Assembly (NCBI GenBank): GCA_046590195.1
Contig: JBKJTP010000102.1
Coordinates: 1 to 40,972, forward strand
DNA: 40,972 nucleotides
Origin: Candidatus Kapaibacterium sp.
GTDB taxonomy: Bacteria > Bacteroidota > Ignavibacteria > Palsa-1295
Direction of reading: 5' to 3'
Within the stretch, counting starts at the first letter, position 1. The number at the start of each line of letters is the position of its first letter. The notes under the pieces were generated by a model. The model saw only the letters and a program-made list of their open reading frames with translations, was not told the origin of the DNA and made no database searches. The position numbers were made by a program, and so were the translations under genes. Below, piece by piece: positions 27,508 to 36,061 of the stretch.

Positions 27508-29030
27508 TCGCTAGGGAACATCTGTCGAATGCAGTAGTGATCGAAGCGCTGGGTGTCGTGGTTGCTGATGCGATGGATCGCGCCCGTCGGGCACAGCGAT
27601 CGTGGGGACGCTCGTCTCTCAGAAGTCGACGCGTACTTCTGCGAAGCCTGAGGCATGTAATCGCGAGTAACTCCATGGAGTTAGCAGAAGCGTCCGCTGT
27701 GCAGCGTGGTCGACCAGCAGCAGAATCCTTGACGGCCGAAGTATTGCCGTTGCTCGAAGCATGCAGATTCCTCGAGCGAGAATTGGCAAGCGTACTCGCA
27801 AGCAAGCGCGTCGGGAGTCGCCATAGACCGATCTGGCTCCAAGGCGTGACAAGCGTGATCGTGCGAGAGCCATACGGCGTGATGCTGATCATCGGCCCGG
27901 GCAACTATCCGTTATTGCTGCCGGGAGTTCAAATGATCCAGGCGATCGCCGCTGGCAACGCCGTGCTGCTCAAACCGGGTATTGGTGGTACGCCTTCGGC
28001 GCAAAGGCTGATAGCACTGATGCATGAGGCCGGATTCGATAAAGACCTATGCATACTCTTACCTGAAACAGTGCATGCCGCTGTTGCCACGATTGATCTT
28101 CGGCCAGATAAGGTGATCTTCACCGGATCATCCGCAACAGGTCAACATATCCTGCGTCAACTCGCCAACCACGCCATTCCGTCAACGATGGAGCTAAGCG
28201 GTTGCGATGCCGTCATCATTCGCGAGGACGCCGATCTTGATCTCGCAGCGTCGGCTATCGCGTTCAGCTTGACGCTGAATGATGGTGCAACCTGTATGGC
28301 GCCTCGAAGAGTATTTGTGAATACTCGCGTTGTGAAGAAGTTCGAGGCTCTGCTGACAACTAAGCTTTGTGCAAGGCTGAAGAACGGCGCATACTTCAAG
28401 ACTTTAGCGCAAGCGAGCCCGATCGAGCGATTGTCAGCATCACTGAACGCTAGCATTGCGCAGGCGATCGACATTGGAGCTGAGATCATTCATGGTAGTA
28501 TCGATCAACAACGATCTATGATCTATCCAGTGATCATCTCGAATGTGCCGTACGGATCCGATCTCCTTCAGGAAGATCACTTTGCACCGCTCCTAGCGAT
28601 CGCGATAGTTGCGACAGATGCAGAAGCTGTCGGCATGGCAAACGATCATGCGCTCGGACTCGGTGCATCGATCTTCACTCAGGACCTAGAAGCAGCGACC
28701 AGAATGGCGAGAGTGTTAGACGTGGGAGTGGTCGGCATCAACGATCTGATCATCCCGACAGCTGATGCGCGATTGCCTCTTGGTGGAAGGAAACAGAGTG
28801 GTTTCGGGAGCACACAGGGAGCAGAGGGACTGCTCGAGATGACAGTGCAAAAAGTTATCAGCGTGAATCGGAAGAAGACTCGTCAAGCCTATGCACCGAT
28901 CCGCGAAGCCGATGCCCCGCTGTTCGCATCGTTTGCCCAATTCACTCATTTGCAGGGCTTTCGATCGAGGGCGCGTGCTTTGCTCGCTCTCATCGAGCAA
29001 CTTAAAAGATTCAAACGTCCAAACCATTAA
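27504..29030 (+). CDS. aldH: Aldehyde dehydrogenase (carotenoid AldH/CrtNc-like by context)
   Basis: EPYGV, NYP, AGNAVLLKP, FTGS, MELSG, catalytic Cys in ATCMAP; lies between two CrtI-family genes. Confidence 0.8.
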   Translation: MIAREHLSNAVVIEALGVVVADAMDRARRAQRSWGRSSLRSRRVLLRSLRHVIASNSMELAEASAVQRGRPAAESLTAEVLPLLEACRFLERELASVLASKRVGSRHRPIWLQGVTSVIVREPYGVMLIIGPGNYPLLLPGVQMIQAIAAGNAVLLKPGIGGTPSAQRLIALMHEAGFDKDLCILLPETVHAAVATIDLRPDKVIFTGSSATGQHILRQLANHAIPSTMELSGCDAVIIREDADLDLAASAIAFSLTLNDGATCMAPRRVFVNTRVVKKFEALLTTKLCARLKNGAYFKTLAQASPIERLSASLNASIAQAIDIGAEIIHGSIDQQRSMIYPVIISNVPYGSDLLQEDHFAPLLAIAIVATDAEAVGMANDHALGLGASIFTQDLEAATRMARVLDVGVVGINDLIIPTADARLPLGGRKQSGFGSTQGAEGLLEMTVQKVISVNRKKTRQAYAPIREADAPLFASFAQFTHLQGFRSRARALLALIEQLKRFKRPNH

Positions 29031-29051
29031 TAGATAGCTTGCTAAACGAAT

Positions 29052-30590
29052 ATGATGTATCAGCAAACGGATAGAGTAGGCGTTATTGGTGGTGGACTGG
29101 GTGGCCTGAGCGCAGCGTGTACGCTCGCTGCACGCGGTCAAAAGGTCATTCTCTTTGAGCGCAATGAGTGGCTCGGCGGCAAGGCTGCGGTGCTCGAAGC
29201 GGAAGGCTTCCGCTTTGATATGGGGCCGACGATTCTCACAGTACGTTCTGTATTACGACGGATCTTCGCTGAAGCCGGAGAGCACCTAGAAGATCATCTT
29301 GAATTGATCAGGCTCGATCCGCAGTGGCGTTGCTTCTTTGAAGACGGTGCTACGCTCGACCTTCATCAGAATATCGGTGCAATGTCAACGACGCTCGACA
29401 AGTTTGCACCGGGTACCGATGCAGGCCGACACTACCGTGACTTCATTGCACTGAGCGAGCGCCTACACGGGATCTCTGACAACTACTTCTTCAATAAGCC
29501 CATCGGTGGGATCGGCGATATGTTCGACATGAAGACGTCGTTCGATACGAAGGTACTCGGCGATGTTCTTTCGATGAGGATGGGTAGAACGGTTGCGAGT
29601 ACGATCCGCGAATTCACTCCGGATCCCCGTGTTGCGCAGATGCTCGATCATTTCACGCAGTATGTGGGCTCGTCACCATACGGCTCACCAGCAATCCTCT
29701 GCGCTATTGCACATATGCAGACGGAGGAAGGCGTCTGGTATCCTGTCGGAGGTACACGCGCGGTGGCGGTTGCACTCGAGAATCTAGCGATCAGACTTGG
29801 TGTGGACATCCGCACCTCGACTGGCATCAGCAAGATAGTGCAAAACGGCGGCGCAGTTGCTGGCGTGGTCACGAACAGCGGCGAGCAGATTCGGCTTAGT
29901 TCAGTCGTGTCAAACTCTGATTCAGTTCGCACGCACCAAGAGCTTCTCGATAAGAAGAGCTCGACACGCTTTATGTCACGAAGAAAGTATGAGCCTGCGT
30001 GCTCGGGTGTTGTGCTGTATCTTGGATTAAACAAGCGTTATGAGCATCTCGCACATCACGATTTTGTCTTCAGCCGAGATCCGCATGAGGAATTCGACTG
30101 GATCTATAAGAAGGGCGAGCCTGCACCGGACCCAACATGCTATCTCGCTGCAACCTCGTTCTCTGATCCAACAACAGCACCCGCAGGAGGCGAAGCTCTT
30201 TACATACTCGTGCATACTCCATATCTTCGTCCGCATCATGATTGGAAGAAGATGTTGCCAGCGTATCGGCAGGTCATACTCGAAAAGCTAAAGCGAACCG
30301 CGGGCATGCAGGATATCGAAGAGCGCATCGTCTTCGAGCAAGCTCTTACGCCGCAGGATATCAACGATCGATATCACGTGCTCAACGGCGCGATCTATGG
30401 GCTAGCTAGCCATGGCCGCTTTCTTGGTGCGTTCAAGCCCGGCAATCGATCGCCGGACGTGAAGGGACTTTATCTCGCAGGCGGATCTGCGCATCCAGGT
30501 CCAGGCATGCCGATGGTAATGATGAGCGGATGGATAGCAGCAGATACGCTGCATAAGGATCAAAGCGTTAGTGCGACCGTAGCAGCATGA
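29052..30590 (+). CDS. crtP: CrtP/CrtNb-like diapocarotenoid oxygenase
   Basis: IGGGLGG, QWRCFF.DG, YVGSSPY, HMQ.EEGVWY, EPACSG, LAHH, GMPMV, matching my recollection of CrtP rather than CrtN. Confidence 0.8.
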   Translation: MMYQQTDRVGVIGGGLGGLSAACTLAARGQKVILFERNEWLGGKAAVLEAEGFRFDMGPTILTVRSVLRRIFAEAGEHLEDHLELIRLDPQWRCFFEDGATLDLHQNIGAMSTTLDKFAPGTDAGRHYRDFIALSERLHGISDNYFFNKPIGGIGDMFDMKTSFDTKVLGDVLSMRMGRTVASTIREFTPDPRVAQMLDHFTQYVGSSPYGSPAILCAIAHMQTEEGVWYPVGGTRAVAVALENLAIRLGVDIRTSTGISKIVQNGGAVAGVVTNSGEQIRLSSVVSNSDSVRTHQELLDKKSSTRFMSRRKYEPACSGVVLYLGLNKRYEHLAHHDFVFSRDPHEEFDWIYKKGEPAPDPTCYLAATSFSDPTTAPAGGEALYILVHTPYLRPHHDWKKMLPAYRQVILEKLKRTAGMQDIEERIVFEQALTPQDINDRYHVLNGAIYGLASHGRFLGAFKPGNRSPDVKGLYLAGGSAHPGPGMPMVMMSGWIAADTLHKDQSVSATVAA

Positions 30591-31357
30591 GTGAGCAGCC
30601 ACATATCTCACCATTGCTAGTTCGGTGGTTCACATGGTATTCACGGCGCTTGATTCAGCGTCACTTCCACTCATTGCGTATTTCAACATCGGCAGGATCG
30701 AGCGATGTCGATGATCGACCTGTCGTGCTCTATACCAACCATGCATCCTGGTGGGATCCGTTGGTAGGGCTGGTCGTGATCAACACGCGATTCAAGGAGC
30801 GTCCACTCTATGCACCGATAGACGCAGCGATGCTGGCGAAGTACAAGATGTTCAGGAGCATGGGATTCTTTGGCGTCGAGAAGGACACTCGCAAGGGAGC
30901 CATCGACTTCCTAACGCATTCAACGAGCGTACTCAACAAGGGAGATGCAATACTAGCGGTGACTGCTCAAGGTCGCTTCGCAGATGTCCGAGAGAGACCT
31001 GTAGGCATCAAGCGCGGTCTTGGACATCTATCTCTGAAAGTACCGGATGCGGTGTTCATTCCTGCCTGCATCGAGTATGTGTTCTGGGAAGAGAAGCTAC
31101 CGGAGATCCTGGTTCGATTTGGAAGTCCAGTGGAGATGTCTGATGGCGCAGAGCTCGAGATGAATCTATCCAGACTGGAAGGAGCACTCGAGAAGACCCA
31201 AGATGAACTTGCAGAGCTGTCACAGAGGCGGGACGTAGCAGCGTTTTCAATGCTGATATCTGGCCGGTCCGGTTTGGGTGGCGTCTACGATCGTTGGCGC
31301 TCAGTTCGCGCAAGATTATGCGGTGAGGAATTTAAGACGGAGATCGGAAGTGTATGA
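30587..31357 (+). CDS. Lysophospholipid acyltransferase-family protein (carotenoid acylation by context)
   Basis: NHASWWD HX4D motif; ATGA overlaps with neighbours. Confidence 0.85.
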   Translation: MSEQPHISPLLVRWFTWYSRRLIQRHFHSLRISTSAGSSDVDDRPVVLYTNHASWWDPLVGLVVINTRFKERPLYAPIDAAMLAKYKMFRSMGFFGVEKDTRKGAIDFLTHSTSVLNKGDAILAVTAQGRFADVRERPVGIKRGLGHLSLKVPDAVFIPACIEYVFWEEKLPEILVRFGSPVEMSDGAELEMNLSRLEGALEKTQDELAELSQRRDVAAFSMLISGRSGLGGVYDRWRSVRARLCGEEFKTEIGSV

Positions 31358-32511
31358 TGATCGAGTACTTCACGGTGGCTTGCCTCATCTTCGCAGTAAT
31401 ACCCTGCGCGATGTTCCTGTGGAACATTGGGGTCTATCGACGTTTACCGAAGGCGAGGCACGAAGCAGCATCCGATAACTCACTCCGAATATCGGTGCTC
31501 ATACCCGCACGCAACGAGGAGAAGAATATCGAAGCAGCATTGCGATCGATCCTTGCGAACGACTACAGCGGCTATGAAGTCATTGTGATGAACGATCACT
31601 CGACTGACCATACCGCGTCGATCGTCGAGCGACTTGCGACAATGCACCCGAATCTTAGGCTCGTCGAAGCACCACTGCTTCCGCACGGATGGTGCGGCAA
31701 GCAGCACGCTTGCTTTCAGCTTGCCAAGCTCGCGAAAGGCGATCTCATCGCATTCCTCGATGCAGATGTCCGGCTCTCCTCTGATGCGATAGGAAGAATG
31801 GTCGGCTTCATGGATCACAATAAGGCGGCACTCGCGAGTGGTGTGCCGAGACAGAGCTTTGGCAGCTTTGCTGATCGATTGCTCATACCACAGATCCACT
31901 TCGTATTGCTCGGCTTTCTGCCGATCTGGGCGATGCGCAGATTCAAGATGCCATCGATGTCAGGCGGCTGCGGGCAACTGTTCATCGCACAAAGGCTTGC
32001 ATACGATGTTTGTGGCGGACACAGCAAGTTGCCGGAGTCGCTTCATGATGGATTGAAGCTGCCAAGAGCCTTCCGCGACGCAGGATTTCCAACTGATCTC
32101 TTCGACGCAACAGATATTGCGTCATGCAGAATGTATACCTCCAACTCCGAGACTGTATTGGGCTTGGGAAAGAACGCTCATGAAGGACTCGGAGCGAAAG
32201 GGACGATCGTGCCAATGACGGGCATGCTGTTGCTCGGTCAGGTAGCTCCGACCATACTTCTTATGCTAGACATGGTTAGTGGCTCAGCGATATCATGGTC
32301 AGTCATGGCAGCTGTTATTGCTGCATATCTGCCGCGCATGATAGCTGTCAAACGTTTCAAGCAACCGCTTGTGAGCGCGTTGCTGCACCCGATCTCTATC
32401 GTCGGCTTGCTTTCGATCCAATGGATGGCGTTTTTCCGTCATCGCTCCGGAAAACCATCAAGTTGGAAAGGACGCACCTATGCTGACGTCAATCCGGCCG
32501 GCGGCAGTTAA
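31354..32511 (+). CDS. crtQ: GT2 glycosyltransferase (CrtQ-like)
   Basis: SVLIPARNEE, DHSTD, GWCGKQHAC, FLDADV, C-terminal WKGR. Confidence 0.75.
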   Translation: MMIEYFTVACLIFAVIPCAMFLWNIGVYRRLPKARHEAASDNSLRISVLIPARNEEKNIEAALRSILANDYSGYEVIVMNDHSTDHTASIVERLATMHPNLRLVEAPLLPHGWCGKQHACFQLAKLAKGDLIAFLDADVRLSSDAIGRMVGFMDHNKAALASGVPRQSFGSFADRLLIPQIHFVLLGFLPIWAMRRFKMPSMSGGCGQLFIAQRLAYDVCGGHSKLPESLHDGLKLPRAFRDAGFPTDLFDATDIASCRMYTSNSETVLGLGKNAHEGLGAKGTIVPMTGMLLLGQVAPTILLMLDMVSGSAISWSVMAAVIAAYLPRMIAVKRFKQPLVSALLHPISIVGLLSIQWMAFFRHRSGKPSSWKGRTYADVNPAGGS

Positions 32512-32540
32512 TTTCCCCACACAGAATCAGTCAACAATTT

Positions 32541-33050
32541 ATGTCCGTTCTATTGCTATTGGTCCAGTGGCTCGCTGTGCTTCAGCTTCTTGGCGAAGAC
32601 CCAGCCGAAGATCAGTTCGGAGAAGCTGTAAGCTGGAGCAAGTTCGCGTCGAAGCCGTTTGTGCTCGTGATCGGGGATCGTGAAGCGGCTGACCGCGCCA
32701 CTACCATTGGGACTGCGCTTCATGCTGCGCACAACACGCGGCACATCAAGCCGGAGCTACATCTGCATTCAACCACGGCAGATGAAAAACTCAAGGTGAT
32801 CGCGGTTGCGGCACTGCCCGATGTGCCAGGCATCTTCAAAGGACTATTCCGTAGTGGCTTCAAAGATGAAGGCAAGACCGGAGTCATCCTCGATTGGGAC
32901 CGCCTGCTCGCACGAAGCTGTGGATATAGAGATGGGACGGTCCTGCTGGTCTATAAATCTCCTGACTCCGATCTACTTCGCATCAGCGAAGTGAGCACGA
33001 AGGATCAAGCGATCGCCTTCGTATCAAAGCTCGCACTCTCGGCGAAGTGA
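32541..33050 (+). CDS. Hypothetical exported protein, possible thioredoxin-like fold without CxxC
   Basis: Hydrophobic N-terminus; DQFG, KPFVLVI, VILDWD pattern. Confidence 0.55.
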   Translation: MSVLLLLVQWLAVLQLLGEDPAEDQFGEAVSWSKFASKPFVLVIGDREAADRATTIGTALHAAHNTRHIKPELHLHSTTADEKLKVIAVAALPDVPGIFKGLFRSGFKDEGKTGVILDWDRLLARSCGYRDGTVLLVYKSPDSDLLRISEVSTKDQAIAFVSKLALSAK

Positions 33051-33135
33051 TCTCACTCGTCCTGATCTAAGCTATGCCGCTGAGCACGTCTATGACTGCA
33101 GCACATCGAAAGGACCAAAAATAAGCCAGTTATTC

Positions 33136-33168
33136 ACGCCGCCTTGAAGAGGGCGGCGTTCTTGTTTT
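33136..33168 (+). terminator. Terminator hairpin after the crt operon
   Basis: acgccgcctt-gaag-agggcggcgt followed by tcttgtttt. Confidence 0.75.
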
Positions 33169-33443
33169 AAGACTTCATTAGCCGAATTGGTCCGCGCACA
33201 AAAAAGCTTCCACATCAGTAAAGATTTCTTTATATGCGTCTCAACGAGCAAGTGTCTTTCTCCTGATTCCGAGGAATAACATCCATCAGCGATACGTGGC
33301 ACCGCGATTGACCATGGGCAGAATGGATAATTCGGATGGTAGCACTGAAATGATTAACACTACGATCCGGCATAGCCATCCATGAGTCAGATCGACCGAT
33401 GAAAGGGTCCATCTGCACACTTTTATAATTCTCGTCTCCGGCC

Positions 33444-35483
33444 ATGAATAAACCGAAATCCAAGAGAAACACGCTTCTGATCATCGGAAGCCTTCTCACA
33501 CTAGTGATCCTTACCCCATTGATCATCCCAGGTTGTGGTGCAAGTTCAGGTGGGTCTAATATTAACACCATCGCAGCTAAGCGGGGACTTAGTCCTGATG
33601 AAATGGAAAGTGCGATCAAAACCTATGTCGCTCCGGGTAAGTATGATGATTACTACATTTTCGCATCTGGCGGACACTCCGGCCAGGTCCATGTCATCGG
33701 CGTACCTTCAATGCGTCTGCTAAAGACGATCCCTGTTTTTACACCAGAAGCTTGGAGTGGGTACGGGTTCGGCAATGTAGATCATGAAGCCATGTTCGCT
33801 GAGGGCTCGAAGGGCGAACCAAACACACTCAAGTGGGGCGATACGCATCATCCAGCCATTTCCGAAACGAACGGAGAGTACGACGGACGTTGGCTCTATA
33901 TCAATGACAGAGCAAACGGACGCATCGCGTTCGTCGATCTGGGTGACTGGAAGACGAAGCAGATCTATCGCATCCCGAACACGCAAACCTCGCACGGTGG
34001 TGTATTTGTAACGCCGAACACGGAATACGCGCACATCTCATCGAAGGTGCCGATGGCGAATCCGTTCAATAATGCAACGGCGGGCGTTACCGAGGATGAT
34101 CACCTCAAGCGCTACAAGGACATCTATCGCGGCGTATCCACTTTCATGCGCATTGATCATGCAAATGGACGGATGGATCCATCCAAGAGCTTCCAGATCG
34201 AGTTGCCTCCATACAATCAGGATCTCGCAGATGCTGGGAAGGTCGAGAGCGATGGATTTGCGTTCATCAATTCGTACAACACTGAGATGGCTACCGGTGG
34301 CAATCAGCAAGGCCAGCCTTCGATCGAGGTGGGTGCATCGAAGAACGACTTTGATTACCTCCACATCATCGATTGGAAGAAGGCTGAGAAGCTCGTTGCA
34401 GCTGGTAAGACCGAGATGCACAACGGCATGCCTGTCATTCGTATGACAACTGCTGTTGCAGAAGGCATTCTTCACCTCGTGCCAGAGCCAAAGAGCCCGC
34501 ACGGTGTCGACATCGCTCCTGATGGTAATTACATTACGGTAAGCGGCAAGCTCGATCCTCACTCAACCGTCTATGAGATCGGTAAGATCAAGCAGGCGAT
34601 CGCAGCGAAGAACTACGAAGGCAAAGACTACTATGGAATTCCGATCCTCAACTACAAAGCCTGCGTGGCAGCACAGGTCGAACTCGGTGCAGGCCCACTT
34701 CACACACAGTATGATGGAGACGGATATGCCTACACGAGCCTCTTCCTCGAGAACGCTGTAGTAAAGTGGAGCCTCGGCGAGCCTTACTTCAAGGGCGACA
34801 AGGCATGGAAGGTCATTGACAAGGTTCAGGTGAACTACAACATTGGCCACCTTGCAATGCCACATGGCGATACTCGCAAGCCAGAGGGTAAGTACGTTGT
34901 CGCGATGAACAAGTGGTCGATCGATCGATACAACAAGATCGGTACACTGCTTCCGCAAAACTTTCAGCTCATCGACATCACCGGTGACAAGATGAAAGTA
35001 ATCGCTGATATGCCAGTCGGATTCGGCGAGCCGCACTATTCACAAATGATCCGCGCAGATGTGCTGAAAAGCATTCAGACTTATCAGCCTGGCACAAATC
35101 CGATGACGATGAAGCGGGATGAGCATTCCATCAAGGATGGCAAGGAGGCCCGCGTCGTCCGCAATGGCAACGTCGTCGATGTCTACATGTCCGTGATTCG
35201 CAGCACATTCACTCCAGATGTCGTGCAAGCGAAGGTTGGGGACAAGGTTCGCTTCCATCTGACGAACATCGAGCAGACGGTTGATGCCATCCACGGATTT
35301 GCGGTACCAGAATATAATATCATGGTCTCGCTCGATCCGGGCGAAACGACCACCGCGGAGTTCGTCGTCTCGAAGCCTGGAAGCTTTAGCTTCTATTGCA
35401 CGGAGTTCTGCTCGGCGCTCCACTTGGAGATGCAAGGCTGGCTGCTTGTGAGTGGCTCGGCTCCAACGCTAGCTAAGAAATAG
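33444..35483 (+). CDS. nosZ: Clade II (Sec-dependent) nitrous-oxide reductase
   Basis: No twin-Arg; SGGHSGQ, DTHH, KSPHG, GPLH, IGH, GEPH (CuZ); HG...CTEFCSALHLEM (CuA); no C-terminal heme c domain. Confidence 0.97.
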   Translation: MNKPKSKRNTLLIIGSLLTLVILTPLIIPGCGASSGGSNINTIAAKRGLSPDEMESAIKTYVAPGKYDDYYIFASGGHSGQVHVIGVPSMRLLKTIPVFTPEAWSGYGFGNVDHEAMFAEGSKGEPNTLKWGDTHHPAISETNGEYDGRWLYINDRANGRIAFVDLGDWKTKQIYRIPNTQTSHGGVFVTPNTEYAHISSKVPMANPFNNATAGVTEDDHLKRYKDIYRGVSTFMRIDHANGRMDPSKSFQIELPPYNQDLADAGKVESDGFAFINSYNTEMATGGNQQGQPSIEVGASKNDFDYLHIIDWKKAEKLVAAGKTEMHNGMPVIRMTTAVAEGILHLVPEPKSPHGVDIAPDGNYITVSGKLDPHSTVYEIGKIKQAIAAKNYEGKDYYGIPILNYKACVAAQVELGAGPLHTQYDGDGYAYTSLFLENAVVKWSLGEPYFKGDKAWKVIDKVQVNYNIGHLAMPHGDTRKPEGKYVVAMNKWSIDRYNKIGTLLPQNFQLIDITGDKMKVIADMPVGFGEPHYSQMIRADVLKSIQTYQPGTNPMTMKRDEHSIKDGKEARVVRNGNVVDVYMSVIRSTFTPDVVQAKVGDKVRFHLTNIEQTVDAIHGFAVPEYNIMVSLDPGETTTAEFVVSKPGSFSFYCTEFCSALHLEMQGWLLVSGSAPTLAKK

Positions 35484-35493
35484 ATCAGCTGGA

Positions 35494-35525
35494 GATGATC
35501 GATCGTCATCGGATGGTCGATCATC
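35494..35525 (+). other. 14-bp stem-loop without U-tract after nosZ
   Basis: gatgatcgatcgtc-atcg-gatggtcgatcatc. Confidence 0.65.
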
Positions 35526-35548
35526 GCCACTAACTATCACGTACCCTC

Positions 35549-36061
35549 ATGAACGCTGTGCATCGCTCCCAAGCTCAAGCCATCGGGAAACCACTACTAC
35601 TACCTCTCATGGCAAAGATGGTGATGATCTTGGCGTGTTCGATCGCACTCTTGGGTTGCAGCAGCGAGCGCGGTCTGCCTACAGTTGTGGCAGACCGTAC
35701 TACCTGCAGCAACTGCAAGATGCTTGTGAGCGAAACAGCTTATGCCACAGCGTTTCGTGTGGGTGATGATGATCAGGTCTTTGATGACATCGGATGCATG
35801 CTGGATAAGCTTGCAGATGACACGAGCCTCAGGCCCGAGCAAATCTGGGCGAGAGACATCAAGACCGATCAATGGATCGATGCGAAGACATCCTTCTTCG
35901 CATTCAGTAAGCAGCAAAGGACTCCGATGGGCTTTGGTTACGTCGCATTCCTTGCGAAGTCTGAGGCAGAAGCTGCTGCTGCAAGGTTAGGTGGTACCAT
36001 GCTGAGTGGCTTTGGAGAGCTCCAGGCACACTATCTGAACAACGAACATGCGAACAACTAA
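35549..36061 (+). CDS. nosL: NosL copper chaperone lipoprotein
   Basis: LLGC lipobox, CSNCKM, FDDIGC, TPMG. Confidence 0.9.
   Translation: MNAVHRSQAQAIGKPLLLPLMAKMVMILACSIALLGCSSERGLPTVVADRTTCSNCKMLVSETAYATAFRVGDDDQVFDDIGCMLDKLADDTSLRPEQIWARDIKTDQWIDAKTSFFAFSKQQRTPMGFGYVAFLAKSEAEAAAARLGGTMLSGFGELQAHYLNNEHANN

Noticed and set aside
33170-33443. FNR/DNR box or cobalamin riboswitch upstream of nosZ
   Set aside because: No TTGAT-N4-ATCAA and no B12-box recognised by eye; a covariance-model search would be needed
33230-33619. 129-aa minus-strand ORF and the many other short overlapping ORFs in the track
   Set aside because: They overlap well-supported genes and show no recognisable motifs
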